The translations under genes and the position numbers were made by a program. Source: a bacterium (GTDB lineage Bacteria; Bacillota; Clostridia; Christensenellales; CAG-314). Taken from it: a DNA stretch of 62,222 nucleotides. Under the pieces are notes generated by a model that was not told the DNA's origin, searched no databases, and saw nothing but the letters and a program-made list of their open reading frames with translations. How positions within the stretch are numbered: the stretch's first letter is position 1; each line of letters starts with the position of its first letter. This document shows positions 1 through 10,926 of the stretch, in pieces. Location: the NCBI GenBank assembly GCA_963619835.1, contig CAVEYD010000001.1:1-62222 (forward strand), given 5' to 3'.

Positions 1-161
1 CCTATTGACTGTAAACCTCCGCGTTTGCCCCTATTTTACCCCCCCCCATCGGGGCTTGTCAAGAGTTTTCAAAATAATGATATTTTTATTGTCGTTTTCA
101 TTTTTAATGACTTGTTTTTTTGCATGTTCGAGCTTTAAAAATATAAAACATAAATTTTAGT

Positions 162-193
162 AAAAAAAACGAACTCAAGCACACTGAGTTCGT
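162..193 (-). terminator. Intrinsic terminator downstream of clpX (the hairpin also reads as a terminator on the plus strand)
   Basis: 9-bp stem acgaactca (169-177) / tgagttcgt (185-193). An A7 run at 162-168 gives a U-tract on the minus strand right after the stem. A T-rich run follows on the plus strand. Confidence 0.7.
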
Positions 194-296
194 CTTTTGT
201 TTGTTTTTTAGTACTTATGTTTGTTTTTTAGTATCTAAAAGTTGAATGCTTAATTGATATAAAACACTACTCTTTAAGAAAAAAATTGCCCATACT

Positions 297-1514
297 TTAG
301 CCAACTTTTTTTGTAACGAGCGGAGTTGATTGCCCGTCGATACAATCACGAGTAACACGAATAGAAGAAATGTTGCTATTTGGAGAATCGAACATGCAGT
401 CAAGCATGACATTTTCCACAACGGAACGAAGTCCGCGTGCGCCTGTTTTTAGTCGAATTGACTTTTCGGCAATGGCACGAACGGCATCCTTATCGAATTG
501 CAAATCAATATCGTCCAACTTTAGCAATTTTTGATATTGTTTAATGAGCGAATTTTTAGGTTCGGTCAAGATGCTGACAAGTGCGTTTACGTCAAGCGGG
601 GACAAACCGACTGTGATTGGCAAACGACCGACAAATTCCGGAATGAGACCAAATTTAATAAAATCTTGCGGTTGAAGATTCTTTACAAGCTCGGCATGAT
701 CGATTTCTTCGGAACTTTTTATCTTGTTGCCAAAGCCTAAGCCTGCGCCTTGTTGACGTTTTTCGGCTATCTTTTCGATGCCGACAAATGCGCCACCGCA
801 AATAAACAAAATGTTGGTTGTGTCAATTGTTATATTTTCCGCTTGCGGATGCTTACGTCCGCCTTGCGGTGGAACACTTGCAATGGTGCTTTCCAAAATT
901 TTTAATAATGCTTGCTGTACACCTTCGCCGCTTACGTCTCGAGTGATGGAAACATTTTCGGACTTCTTGGCAATTTTGTCGATTTCGTCAATGTAGATTA
1001 TGCCACGTTCGGCTTTTTTAATGTCGTAATCGGCATTTTGAATAAGCTTTAGCAAAATGTTTTCAACGTCTTCGCCAACGTAGCCGGCTTCGGTAAGCGT
1101 TGTAGCATCAGCAACGGCAAAAGGAACGTCTAATATGCGAGCAAGAGACTTTGCAAGCAAGGTCTTTCCGCAACCGGTTGGTCCAAGCATAAGAATATTG
1201 CTTTTTTCAAGCTCGACGTCATCTTTAACCTTATCGGCAAACATAACACGTTTGTAGTGATTGTAAACAGCTACTGCCAAAGTGCGCTTGGCTGCATCCT
1301 GTCCGACAACGTATTGATCGAGTTGCGCTTTGATTTCCGCAGGGGTCGGTAAAGTTTTGCTCTCGACATTTTCGGGAGCGACTTCTTCGCTTTCACTTAA
1401 TATTTCTTGACAGGTTTTTACACATTCGTCGCAAATGCACACTCCACTTGGACCTGCCAAAAGTTTTTTTACTTTATCTTCGCTTCTTCCGCAGAAGGAA
1501 CAATGTTGAGTCAA
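297..1514 (-). CDS. clpX: ATP-dependent Clp protease ATP-binding subunit ClpX
   Basis: 405 aa. N-terminal C4 zinc ribbon CSFCG...CICDEC, Walker A GPTGCGKT, Walker [13 protein letters not shown] start preceded by GGAGGG. Located directly downstream of clpP. Confidence 0.95.
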   Translation of the reverse strand: MTQHCSFCGRSEDKVKKLLAGPSGVCICDECVKTCQEILSESEEVAPENVESKTLPTPAEIKAQLDQYVVGQDAAKRTLAVAVYNHYKRVMFADKVKDDVELEKSNILMLGPTGCGKTLLAKSLARILDVPFAVADATTLTEAGYVGEDVENILLKLIQNADYDIKKAERGIIYIDEIDKIAKKSENVSITRDVSGEGVQQALLKILESTIASVPPQGGRKHPQAENITIDTTNILFICGGAFVGIEKIAEKRQQGAGLGFGNKIKSSEEIDHAELVKNLQPQDFIKFGLIPEFVGRLPITVGLSPLDVNALVSILTEPKNSLIKQYQKLLKLDDIDLQFDKDAVRAIAEKSIRLKTGARGLRSVVENVMLDCMFDSPNSNISSIRVTRDCIDGQSTPLVTKKVG

Positions 1515-1572
1515 TAGATTACCCTCCGTTTGTAAGTTGATTTTAAATTAACGTTTTTGCAAAAAAACAAAA

Positions 1573-2154
1573 TTATCTTTTGTAGAAAACTTCGTCGACA
1601 ATGCCGTACGACTTGGCTTCTTCGGCAGAAAGATAGTTGTCCCTATCGGTATCTTTTTCGACAACAGAAACGTCTTTGCCAACGTTTTCGGCAAGTATAC
1701 GATTTATTTTTGTTTTGATTTTTAAAAGTTGACGAGTTTGAATTTCTACATCCGAGGCTTGACCTTGTGCTCCGCCCAAAACTTGATGAATCATGATTTC
1801 ACTGTTGGGAAGGGCAAAACGCTTGCCTTTTGTTCCGCTTGCAAGCAAAAACGCACCCATGCTGGCGGCAAGGCCTATACAAATTGTGCTGACATCACAA
1901 CGAATATAATTCATTGTGTCGTAAATGGCAAGCCCTGCGGAGACAGATCCGCCCGGAGAATTGATGTACAAAGAAATGTCTTTTGTAGGATCTTTTGATT
2001 CCAAATAAATTAGCTGTGCGACAACAAGGTTTGCCACGTCATCAGTGATTTCGCCCGACAAAAAGATTACACGATCTTCAAGCAAGCGAGAATAAATATC
2101 AAAACTACGTTCACCGCTATCGGTGCGATCTACAACCATAGGTACAAGAGTCAT
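1573..2154 (-). CDS. clpP: ATP-dependent Clp protease proteolytic subunit ClpP
   Basis: 193 aa. ClpP-type serine and histidine regions ([22 protein letters not shown]). AGGAGG RBS upstream of the ATG at 2154. Confidence 0.95.
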   Translation of the reverse strand: MTLVPMVVDRTDSGERSFDIYSRLLEDRVIFLSGEITDDVANLVVAQLIYLESKDPTKDISLYINSPGGSVSAGLAIYDTMNYIRCDVSTICIGLAASMGAFLLASGTKGKRFALPNSEIMIHQVLGGAQGQASDVEIQTRQLLKIKTKINRILAENVGKDVSVVEKDTDRDNYLSAEEAKSYGIVDEVFYKR

Positions 2155-2231
2155 AATGTCCTCCTAAAATATACTGGGTAAAATATACGTCGGGTAAAAT
2201 ATTTTGCCCGACGTTGTTTGATTTTTGTTGA

Positions 2232-3554
2232 TTACTTGTTCTCTTCTTCTGCTTTAGCTTCTTTGCCGAATTTGTTTTCCTTTTTAAGTAGGTCAAGAAG
2301 TTGTTCGGTAATGGCTTGATTTTCAAAGTAGTACTTTTCTTGTTCGCCGATTTGCGCTTTGAACTCGTCGTAAGACTTGCCGATCTTTTCAGCGTACTCT
2401 TTTGCTTTTTCTTCAACTTGCTTTGCGGTAGCCTTGATTTTTTCGGTCTTTACGATTTCTTCAAAAACAAGACGTGTGCGAACAGCAGATTCGGCACGTT
2501 GTTCGTGGTCTTTACGAAGTTGTTCCATCGTGCTTCCGGTGTACTTGAAATAATCTTCGATTTTGAGACCTTGATACATGAGTTGATACTTAAAGTCTTC
2601 AATGTAGTTGTCGATTTGTTCTTCGATCATTGCATGAGGAATATCGATGGTTGCATTGTTGACAACGGTTTCAACAAGCTTGCTTTCGTCGGCACGATCG
2701 GCATCTTCCTTGTTGTGCTCGGCAAGATGCTTTTTAATGTCGGCTTTGTACTCCTTAAGTGTAGAAAATTCACTTACATCCTTTGCAAATTCATCATCGA
2801 GAGCGGGCAACTCTTTTACGGTGATTTCGTTTACGGTGCAAGTAAATACAGCTTCTTTACCGGCAAGATCTTTTGCGTGATATTCGGCAGGGAATGTTAC
2901 GGTAATATCTTTTGTTTCACCGATGTTCATACCGACAAGTTGTTCTTCAAAACCGGGGATGAACGAATGTGAACCGATTACAAGCGTTTGCTTTGTAGCT
3001 GTACCGCCTTCAAATGCAACACCGTCAACCTTTCCGCAGTAATCAAGATTGATTTGATCGCCATCGGCTACGGCACGATCGGTAATTTCGACAAAACGTG
3101 CATTACGTTCGCGAACTTTAGCCAATTCGGCATCAACGTCGGCAGCAACAACTTTTTTGGCAGCAGTCTTTTCGATTGTAAGTCCTTTGTATTGTCCGAG
3201 AGTAACTTCCGGTTTAACAGTTACGATAATTGCAAAAGATACACCCTTTTCGTCAATTTTGATTGATTTGTCATCAATTTCCGGACGAGCAACCGGCTCA
3301 ACCTTTTTGTTCTTGTCTAAAAATTGAGTGTAAAACTCTTGTGCGGCAAGATAAAGTGCATCTTCAAAGAAAAGTCCTTTTCCGTATCTGTTTTCCAAAA
3401 CGTTTTTGGGAACGTGTCCTTTGCGGAATCCCGGAACATTGTATTTGCCCTTATTTTGTTCGTAGGCACGTTTGTCAAAATCTGCCCATTCGTCTTTTTC
3501 CATTTTGAAAGTGATAGTTAAAGTGTAACTTTCTCTTTTTTGCGTATATTTCAT
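2232..3554 (-). CDS. tig: Trigger factor (ribosome-associated PPIase chaperone)
   Basis: About 440 aa with a central FKBP-like region (DYCGKVDGVAFEGGT...FIPGFEEQLVGM). The ORF-track start at 3566 is TTG; I prefer the ATG at 3554 because GGAGG lies just upstream. The tig-clpP-clpX order is conserved in Firmicutes. Confidence 0.9.
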   Translation of the reverse strand: MKYTQKRESYTLTITFKMEKDEWADFDKRAYEQNKGKYNVPGFRKGHVPKNVLENRYGKGLFFEDALYLAAQEFYTQFLDKNKKVEPVARPEIDDKSIKIDEKGVSFAIIVTVKPEVTLGQYKGLTIEKTAAKKVVAADVDAELAKVRERNARFVEITDRAVADGDQINLDYCGKVDGVAFEGGTATKQTLVIGSHSFIPGFEEQLVGMNIGETKDITVTFPAEYHAKDLAGKEAVFTCTVNEITVKELPALDDEFAKDVSEFSTLKEYKADIKKHLAEHNKEDADRADESKLVETVVNNATIDIPHAMIEEQIDNYIEDFKYQLMYQGLKIEDYFKYTGSTMEQLRKDHEQRAESAVRTRLVFEEIVKTEKIKATAKQVEEKAKEYAEKIGKSYDEFKAQIGEQEKYYFENQAITEQLLDLLKKENKFGKEAKAEEENK

Positions 3555-3975
3555 CTTTTCCTCCAAACGAGTTTTGTCACTCGCTTAATAATTTTACTTT
3601 TTAGGGAATAATACCCAGCAGTTTTTTATTTTACCACACTTGCAATAAATAATCAACAAAAATTGCTATCGGCAAAAAAATAATTTTAATAAAGATAATA
3701 TAAAACTGCAATCAGAAAATAAGCTGAAAAAGAATAACTGTCACTGATAAATAAAGAAAATGCGAAACTACCACTTTGTAAAAACACTATTTGAAATACA
3801 AAAATTAAAATGATTTTACCTTTAAAAAGTGCAAAAAGCAATATCGAACAAAATGTTGCGAAAAACAAAATAATGTTGTAATATTTAATTGCAAATGAAA
3901 TCTCAAATGCAGTTGAATTACTTTTAGCAAAATTGTGTCGTTTTGCAATAAAAACAACACAAAACGGAAGGAAAT

Positions 3976-5673
3976 ATGGCTTTTGATGCACTAAGCTTAT
4001 CGGTACTGGCGGATGAATTTCGCCAAATGCTGGTGGGTGGAAAAATCACAAAAGTGTTTCAACCGGAGCGAGACGAGATTGTGCTTTTTGTCTTTAACGG
4101 CAAAAACTACAAATTGCTTATCTCGGCAAATGCCGGTGTAAACAGAATACATACTACCGCTGCAGCAACGGACAACCCTAAAACCTGTCCGTCTTTTTGC
4201 ATGCTACTTAGAAAGCATTTAACAAATGCAACCATTGATGCAGTCGAACAAATGCCTTACGAACGCGTGTTAGACTTTTTTGTTACAGTAAACGATGAGC
4301 TTGGCTACAAAAAACAAATGCACTTGATTTTTGAATTGACAGGAAAAACGTCTAACATAATTTTAACGGACGAAAATTACATTGTTGTTGACAGTATAAA
4401 ACATCTTCCGCAAGACATGGATACGGCAAGAATAATTCTTGCAGGAGTAAAATACAAGTTTTTTAGTCCACAAGACAAAATAGCTCCGTTTGACATGCCA
4501 AACGTGGAAAAACTACTTGCAAACACTTTAACTCCGCTTAGAAAGACTTTGCCGGAAAAACTTTTAGGCGTTTCGCAAAGTACGGCAAATGAAATGTTGT
4601 GGGGATTGGATGAGGACGATCACACTATTGCCAACAACATTGCCGTAGCAAATGCAATCAATAATTATCACAGCAATTTGTGTTGTAAAAACCCAACCGT
4701 ATGGCTAAAAAACGGATTTCCGCAAGAGGTTACCCCTTTTGAATACAAGTCTGTTAAAGGGGACAAATTACACTTTGCAACGTTAAATGAAGCTCACGAT
4801 AAGTACTACTTTTTGCTTGATCAAAAACAACGTTTCAACGATAAAGCGAAGTCTGTAAACACAATAGTAAAAAATGCAATTTCGCGAACGGAAAAGAAAC
4901 TTGCAATACAAAGGCAAAGTGTTCTTGATGCCAAAGACAGAGATATCTACAAAAAATACGGAGACTTGATTCTGTCGAATATTTGGAAAATAAAGCGAAA
5001 CGACGAGCAACTGATTTGCGATGACTACTTTAACGGAAAAACGGCAAACATTCCGCTTGACAAACAATTAAGTCCACAACAAAATGCACAAGCATACTAC
5101 AAAAAATACCGCAAACTTAAGTCGTCCGCCGAACATAACACAAAACTTGTTGAAGAAAACACAAAACTACTGGAATATCTTGTTACCATAAAAGAAAATT
5201 TGAAATTTTGCACAGACGAAAACGACCTAAACGACGTGCGCAACGAATTGGTGTTACTTGGTTTAATTAAAGAAAAGCAAACAAAAAAACCACAAAAGGA
5301 ACTTCCGTCAAAACCTTTGCACTACATTATTGACGGATTTGATGTGTACGTTGGCAAAAACAACTCTCAAAATGACAAGGTTACTTTTAAAATTGCCAAA
5401 AATGGGGATTTGTGGTTACACACACAAAAAGTACATTCTTCGCACGTGGTAATTTGCTCAAACGGAGGGGAAATTTCCGATCACACAATTGTTACCGCGA
5501 GCGAAATTTGTGCCTATTTTTCGCAAGCGACAAGCGGCAGTAAGATTGCCGTAGATTACACCGACAAGCTAAATGTTAAAAAACCGCCTAAAGCACCTCT
5601 CGGCTTTGTTGTATATAACACATACAATACAATTTTGGTCGATCCTAACATTCACATTGAATTGCAAAAATAA
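3976..5673 (+). CDS. rqcH: NFACT-family ribosome quality-control protein (RqcH / FbpA-like)
   Basis: 565 aa. NFACT-N-like N-terminus (FDALSLSVLADEF..GGKITKVFQPERDEIVLF), a central coiled coil, and a C-terminal GKNNSQNDKVTF...DLWLHTQKVHSSHVVI block typical of the NFACT-R/DUF814 region. Confidence 0.8.
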   Translation: MAFDALSLSVLADEFRQMLVGGKITKVFQPERDEIVLFVFNGKNYKLLISANAGVNRIHTTAAATDNPKTCPSFCMLLRKHLTNATIDAVEQMPYERVLDFFVTVNDELGYKKQMHLIFELTGKTSNIILTDENYIVVDSIKHLPQDMDTARIILAGVKYKFFSPQDKIAPFDMPNVEKLLANTLTPLRKTLPEKLLGVSQSTANEMLWGLDEDDHTIANNIAVANAINNYHSNLCCKNPTVWLKNGFPQEVTPFEYKSVKGDKLHFATLNEAHDKYYFLLDQKQRFNDKAKSVNTIVKNAISRTEKKLAIQRQSVLDAKDRDIYKKYGDLILSNIWKIKRNDEQLICDDYFNGKTANIPLDKQLSPQQNAQAYYKKYRKLKSSAEHNTKLVEENTKLLEYLVTIKENLKFCTDENDLNDVRNELVLLGLIKEKQTKKPQKELPSKPLHYIIDGFDVYVGKNNSQNDKVTFKIAKNGDLWLHTQKVHSSHVVICSNGGEISDHTIVTASEICAYFSQATSGSKIAVDYTDKLNVKKPPKAPLGFVVYNTYNTILVDPNIHIELQK

Positions 5674-5729
5674 TTTTTTGCTTTTGAATAAATAAATTCT
5701 ATTCTACTTTTAGCTTCATAGCACATTAA

Positions 5730-5764
5730 AACAACGTCGACACAAATAAACTGTCGACGTTGTT
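5730..5764. terminator. Bidirectional hairpin between convergent rqcH and the adhesin operon
   Basis: 13-bp perfect stem aacaacgtcgaca (5730-5742) / tgtcgacgttgtt (5752-5764) with a 9-nt loop. The flanking T-tracts are weak on both strands. Confidence 0.55.
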
Positions 5765-5911
5765 GTTTATGTATAATTTATTTGAAAGCTTTTTTAGACT
5801 TCGTTAACGCATGTTCCTAAAATTAAAACTAAGTTTTAAGAAATTCTTCGGCAGTATTTAGCCAATCGATATCGCCCATGTAGCATAAAAAACTCGTTAA
5901 AAAGATCGTAA

Positions 5912-5953
5912 ACAAAAAACCATATCTAACAACATGACTGCTGTTTGATATGG
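5912..5953 (-). terminator. Intrinsic terminator ending the giant-adhesin operon
   Basis: Stem ccatatc (5920-5926) / gatatgg (5947-5953). The minus-strand read is followed by UUUUUUG (rc of 5913-5919). It lies 35 nt after the stop of the 291-aa gene. Confidence 0.7.
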
Positions 5954-5987
5954 ATTTTTTTAATAAAATATGTTTTTTGAAAAATGT

Positions 5988-6863
5988 TTAGTCGGAATTG
6001 ACTTCGAAGAAGACGGACAAATCAAACGTAAACGAAACACCTTGCAACGTTTGGAATTCGTCCAAAGTTGAGATGCCAAAGTTTTTGCCACTTGCCGAGA
6101 TAAGCGTGTTGTACTCGTCGTAAGACAACATTTTGAATTGCAACCAATAGTCTTGAACATTGACTATACGGTTTGATCCGGCTTCGTTTTCCTTTGTTTG
6201 TTCGTCCAAACCGAGAATAACATCATTGTCGATAACGGAAATTTGAGTAAAGCTTGTGTTTCCGTCAGAATCGGCATCGCCTAAACCTTCGTAAAGATAA
6301 CACCACTCTTCCGGTTGCGTAGTTGCCGTATCCGAGCTAAGTCTTGTTTCGTTTTCCACCTTAACGACTCGCATCGCAAACACAGAAAAAAGTTTTGCCT
6401 GTTCTGCCGTAAGGGTTGCGTCCGAAAGACGTATCGCAATGTCGTTTTTTGTGTCCCCCTTGTTGACAAGGCTAATCTTCATAGTGAAAGTTTGCGTAGG
6501 CAAAATAGATGTTAAAAAGTCTGACAAATGTATGCTTTCGATGGTTTGTCCGGCAATATCTGCTTTGGCTTCAGTCATTTTTTTGAAATCGAAATAGCGG
6601 GTTTCCTTGTAATATTCCGGCTTTTCGTGAGTTTCCGGTACTGCTTCGGGCGTGTCAGAGTCGGTAAGCAAATTTGGAACGCCGTTTATACTGGAGTCTT
6701 TTGCAGTGTAAAAGTAAACTTCGGAATTTACTCTTGCAATTTGGAAAGACATTGTGCCGCCCCTATCGGACATACTAAACCATGCATACACATTGACAGT
6801 AAGACAACAAGCTAAAATTACAATCATAACTATTGAACCGATAAGCGAAAATTTAGTTTTCAT
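5988..6863 (-). CDS. Secreted beta-rich protein with a SipW/TasA-type signal peptide (minor fibre/adhesin component candidate)
   Basis: 291 aa. N-terminus has a basic region, a TM segment, then VYAWFSMSD (compare TasA GGGTWAAFND). The body is T/S/D-rich. The start overlaps the upstream stop (TAATG at 6861-6865). Confidence 0.75.
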   Translation of the reverse strand: MKTKFSLIGSIVMIVILACCLTVNVYAWFSMSDRGGTMSFQIARVNSEVYFYTAKDSSINGVPNLLTDSDTPEAVPETHEKPEYYKETRYFDFKKMTEAKADIAGQTIESIHLSDFLTSILPTQTFTMKISLVNKGDTKNDIAIRLSDATLTAEQAKLFSVFAMRVVKVENETRLSSDTATTQPEEWCYLYEGLGDADSDGNTSFTQISVIDNDVILGLDEQTKENEAGSNRIVNVQDYWLQFKMLSYDEYNTLISASGKNFGISTLDEFQTLQGVSFTFDLSVFFEVNSD

Positions 6864-7633
6864 TATTCCGCCTCCTTCGGTGCAAGTACGATGCCATCCA
6901 GGTTTATTGTCTTTTCCGAAAGTGCATTTGTAGCCGCGCCTAAACCTTTGTACTGTGTTAAGTCGACATAAAGTCGAAACGTTACTGACATTGTAGTTTC
7001 CGTCATAGTTCCGCTTGTAATTTCACAAGTGTCCGAAACGGTAGTATCTGCCGAATAGTCAACAATAAATTTGCTGTTTGTTGTGTCTTCGGTTACAGTG
7101 CCATCTTCACTAACAGTACAAGGTACGATTTTGTAAACGCCAAGAACACTGTAAGTTTTTTCGCCTACAGTAAACGAACCTTCTTCATTGTCGTTTTGGC
7201 TGAGTCCGGAAAAATACAAGGTGTAATCCATGCCCTTGTGAGACTCGTCACAAGAGATGGTTAAAGAAATTTCAATAAACTCACCCGGGTAAAGCGAACT
7301 GTAAGAAAGCGGTCTGTAGTTGCCGTCATCGTCCTTAACAAAATCACCGTCACGATACAGATAGTAATTGTTAGAATTTTCAAAACGCTTGTAGTTACCT
7401 TCGGCAATTGTCGTGTGACTCATAACGGCTTTTGCCGTAATTTCGTCTCCGAACAACAAATATTCACGTGCGGCAGAAACTGAGATTCCGCTACCGCCAA
7501 CATCTTTGTTGGATGCAAACCATGCTTTTGTTGAAAACATAGTTATTACAATTGCAACAAACACAAACAACGTAAGTACCATGGAAGTTAGCGATGCAAC
7601 AAATTTTTTGTTTGCAAAAAGCTTTTTAATCAT
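6863..7633 (-). CDS. Secreted beta-rich protein with a SipW/TasA-type signal peptide
   Basis: 256 aa. TM segment followed by TKAWFASNKD. It contains a LYPGEFIEISLTIS segment that I read, from memory only, as TasA-like. ATGA start/stop overlap with the upstream 1098-aa gene at 7630-7633. Confidence 0.75.
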   Translation of the reverse strand: MIKKLFANKKFVASLTSMVLTLFVFVAIVITMFSTKAWFASNKDVGGSGISVSAAREYLLFGDEITAKAVMSHTTIAEGNYKRFENSNNYYLYRDGDFVKDDDGNYRPLSYSSLYPGEFIEISLTISCDESHKGMDYTLYFSGLSQNDNEEGSFTVGEKTYSVLGVYKIVPCTVSEDGTVTEDTTNSKFIVDYSADTTVSDTCEITSGTMTETTMSVTFRLYVDLTQYKGLGAATNALSEKTINLDGIVLAPKEAE

Positions 7634-10600
7634 GCGCTCACCTCCGCTGTGTCAACACGAACAACGGTAAAGTTAACGCGCAAAGTAACATTTGTTCCGC
7701 TTAACGTAAAGTTGTAATCAAGGTAAAAACGTGTTGATGTTGTTGGATCGTCGCCTTCGTAATTCCAAACAATGTTTGCATTTGAAACATATGCCGTATT
7801 ACCGCCGTAAGAATACGACGTGTTTAGCCCAAATATGTCCGGATCGGTTGAATAAGTAGTTGTACCGTCCGACGCCGTAGATGTGCTTGTAACAAACGGC
7901 ATAAAGCAGGTTACTATACTTGTGTTGCCTTTTAATTTCTTTTGATAAGCAATACTTTGCAAACTCTTGTAGTCATTGATACCACTTTGCTTTGTGTACA
8001 AAATTTCGGCAGAATCACTGCGAGTGTTGTAAACAGCAACGCCGGCTTCGGTAAGTTCGGCAAAATATTCCATGTTGACCAGTCCTTCCGAACCATAGAA
8101 CAAACCGTCAATTGTTGACGTATCAAGGTTGTCATAAACGCGAACAACGTTTAAGGAAGTTAGGTCTGTAAGAAAACTAAACGAATAAATATTGTTGTTT
8201 CCAAGGTTGATACTCTTAAGATTTTTAAGCGAGGACAGGTTTTCCAAAACAGAATCTACGGGGCTACTTGTCGATACGTTTACACCCAAACCGCAATTTT
8301 CAAGAATTAAAGTTTCAAGAGCGGACATGGATGCAATAGCCTTTATGTTCGTTTCGTAGTTTGTCCCACTAAGAGTAATTCCCGTAAGATTTAGCAATGT
8401 TGTACCTACAAGATATTTGAGTGCGCTAAAATCATTTACAGATTTTAGCATTTCACCGACTGTGGACGAACCACATGTTGTTGTGTCTTCTACACTTACG
8501 GCAATGCTCGATTTGAGCCAGTCGGTAAGAATTACAGAAGAATCTTCGCTAAATGATTCTCCGCCAAACAACGTACCGATTACCGTGTAAAGATTTTGGT
8601 CGGTAACAACACCGTCAACGGTGTTTTGTTCGGTTGCGGAATATCTTAGTATTCCCGGAATAGTGAAGCTTGTTGTAAGATATTTTGTCTTTTCGTTGTC
8701 CATGTAGGGCGTAAACATTGCATTTGTTGCGATGTGTCGATAGTTGTAAACAAACTCGATATCTTGGTTTTGACTGATTAGATTAGACGTGTCTATTGTG
8801 AATATCCACTTGGAATCGCCGTAAGTTGCAATACTCTTTACAGTAAGATTGTTAGCCGACAAATAACTGTTTAATGCCGGAACGTAAGAAACGTAGCCGT
8901 CATCATTGGTTGTAGGAGTAAGTGCAATTGTGTTTCCGTTGTAGTATAACGAAAGTGTTAGTCCGCTTGCCTGGTTCCAAATTTCATTGCCATCGGCATC
9001 ATAAGAAAGAATGTCGTAACAAACGGCAAAATCGTTGTCGGTTGAACCGCTTGCAAAAGGCATTTCAAAACTTTTTACAGTGTAACCTGCAGTCAATGAG
9101 AAAAACATTTGGTCATAGTAGTTGTAGTAAACAGGAAATTCCGAAATGTTTGTACCGGCAGTCGTTTCGCAACGAATTGGAATTTGTATGCTAACAGCTT
9201 CGTCTTCGCCTAAACCATCAATAACAAATTCACAGTTAAGTTGAACCGTTTGAACGTAGTCGAACGGGTTTTTGCCATCAACAACTTTTACGTAACCACG
9301 GGCATCGGCTGCCGAATCGTGAGTAAATGCTTGATCGCAACCAATAAGTTCGTATAGTCCGTTTGTGTCGTTTACAAGTGAGTATTTTACAGAAATTATT
9401 TTGTTGTTAACGTCGTCAGTAGCGCTGCTGCTTACCGGAGTTTGCAATTCGTAGTTTTTGAACGAAAACGTTCCGTTTTCCTGTTCGTTGGCTTCGACAG
9501 TAATTTGTCCGCCATAGTTAGCAATGGCAAAATCTTGTGCGTAAGATGCATCTGTACGAATAAGTCCGGTGTCGCTTGCGGTAACAGAATAAGCATGTGT
9601 GTCTGTTGAAGTGCCGATACCGATAGTTGCCTTTAACACAACTACTGCAGAAGTAGGCTCAAACACTGTTACATTTTCTTTTACCGTCATTGTGTCGGTA
9701 ACTTCGGACTTCATTGTAGAATCCGAATAGGTGTTGTAAGTAAGAGATATTGTTGTACCATTTGCAACAAATGAGGACGGAAGTTGAATAGAACGTGAAA
9801 TCACGTAAGAATAGGATGTTGTTCCGTCTTCGGCTGTTACAAGTTGATAGTACTTGTACATGTAGGAGTTGAGTAGCGACTTGCTTGCCGACATCAACTG
9901 CGTTTGATCTTGCGGATTTACAATGTGCAAGCAGAAATCCGATGTTCCTATTGTTTCGCTTGCGCCATCGGCAATTTTGCTGACAGTTACAGTTAGCGTT
10001 ACCGTTTGTATTGAGCTTTGCGGTGTTACGTTGCCGCTATTTGACAAAACATCGGCGTTGCTTGACGAATAAGAGATTGTTACGTCATCGTAGCCTTTTA
10101 CGTAAAGAGGTAAATCAAGGTCGCCAAACACAAATGCACATGCTTCCGCCGTGGTAGAATCGCCACTTAAGCAAAATTTTGTTGCAAGAAACAAGTTTGA
10201 ATTGAAAGAAGTTTCGGTAAGTGCCGAAACACTTTCGTAGTTTTGCATTTCGGGAAGAGTGTCGGGGTAGTTGACAACTTTTTTGGCAACAAGTCGAAGT
10301 GCGTTGTAAGCCGTAACAAAATTGTTGTTTGAAACATCCACGCAGTAATCTTCGGCAGTAAGGCTGTCACCTTTTAGGTTTTCAAACGAAACACTTTCTA
10401 AAATGTTTTTAGAATAGGGTGTGTCGTAATAGATTTTGCCAATTTTTGCAACACTACCTTCTGCACTGTCGTCGGCAATTTTTTCGTCAACAATCACTGT
10501 GCCGTTGGACAAAATTGTGTTGCCGTGGTAAGTGTGTGAAAAAGCAAGCTCGTTGCCGTCAAGATACAACTTGTTTCCGTTGAGATTGAGATGAACGTCG

Positions 10601-10926
10601 GAATTAAATTCAATGTCGGCATCCAAAGTGATGTCATTTTGAAAAACAAGTATGTAGCGGTTAGCCGAATCGGAAACACTACTGTTATCGTTGTTGATAC
10701 CGGTAACAACTTGACTTTCGTCAATGGTTGTTGTGCTTGCGCCAACGGAGTATGCCCACAAATCGTCAAAAGATGATACGGCTTTTTCGGTTGCCTTGCC
10801 CGTTACTTGTCCGTTGATGTTTTTAGAAAGTTCGGAGGTAAAATAAGCATAGGCCGAAACAGTCGTTGTTAAAGTGAATGCAACGATAAGAACGATTAAA
10901 ACAATTTTTTTTGAAATTGCTTTCAT
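7630..10926 (-). CDS. Giant secreted protein (1098 aa) with a SipW-type N-terminus and a C-terminal leucine-rich-repeat region
   Basis: N-terminus has a TM segment then AYAYFTSELS. The body is T/S/N/Y-rich. The LRR-like stretch reads LNLTGITLSG...LETLILENCGL...LKNLKSINLGNNNIYSFSFLTDLTSLNVVRVYDN. AAGGAGG RBS. No LPXTG motif and no C-terminal TM segment seen. Confidence 0.85.
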   Translation of the reverse strand: MKAISKKIVLIVLIVAFTLTTTVSAYAYFTSELSKNINGQVTGKATEKAVSSFDDLWAYSVGASTTTIDESQVVTGINNDNSSVSDSANRYILVFQNDITLDADIEFNSDVHLNLNGNKLYLDGNELAFSHTYHGNTILSNGTVIVDEKIADDSAEGSVAKIGKIYYDTPYSKNILESVSFENLKGDSLTAEDYCVDVSNNNFVTAYNALRLVAKKVVNYPDTLPEMQNYESVSALTETSFNSNLFLATKFCLSGDSTTAEACAFVFGDLDLPLYVKGYDDVTISYSSSNADVLSNSGNVTPQSSIQTVTLTVTVSKIADGASETIGTSDFCLHIVNPQDQTQLMSASKSLLNSYMYKYYQLVTAEDGTTSYSYVISRSIQLPSSFVANGTTISLTYNTYSDSTMKSEVTDTMTVKENVTVFEPTSAVVVLKATIGIGTSTDTHAYSVTASDTGLIRTDASYAQDFAIANYGGQITVEANEQENGTFSFKNYELQTPVSSSATDDVNNKIISVKYSLVNDTNGLYELIGCDQAFTHDSAADARGYVKVVDGKNPFDYVQTVQLNCEFVIDGLGEDEAVSIQIPIRCETTAGTNISEFPVYYNYYDQMFFSLTAGYTVKSFEMPFASGSTDNDFAVCYDILSYDADGNEIWNQASGLTLSLYYNGNTIALTPTTNDDGYVSYVPALNSYLSANNLTVKSIATYGDSKWIFTIDTSNLISQNQDIEFVYNYRHIATNAMFTPYMDNEKTKYLTTSFTIPGILRYSATEQNTVDGVVTDQNLYTVIGTLFGGESFSEDSSVILTDWLKSSIAVSVEDTTTCGSSTVGEMLKSVNDFSALKYLVGTTLLNLTGITLSGTNYETNIKAIASMSALETLILENCGLGVNVSTSSPVDSVLENLSSLKNLKSINLGNNNIYSFSFLTDLTSLNVVRVYDNLDTSTIDGLFYGSEGLVNMEYFAELTEAGVAVYNTRSDSAEILYTKQSGINDYKSLQSIAYQKKLKGNTSIVTCFMPFVTSTSTASDGTTTYSTDPDIFGLNTSYSYGGNTAYVSNANIVWNYEGDDPTTSTRFYLDYNFTLSGTNVTLRVNFTVVRVDTAEVSA

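Noticed and set aside
29-37. A C9 homopolymer followed by atcgggg at the left edge, as a possible phase-variation tract or terminator
   Set aside because: There is no adjacent ORF or U-tract within the window to give it context, and it is too close to the window edge to interpret.
2117-2416. 99-aa Lys/Ser-rich minus-strand ORF overlapping the tig 3' end and the clpP start region
   Set aside because: It is an alternative frame of the tig C-terminal K/E-rich coding region, with low complexity and no RBS.
3686-3991. 101-aa minus-strand ORF in the tig/rqcH divergent intergenic region
   Set aside because: It is an AT-rich region read-through product rich in F/I/L/Y. It overlaps the rqcH start, and it has no RBS or recognisable family.
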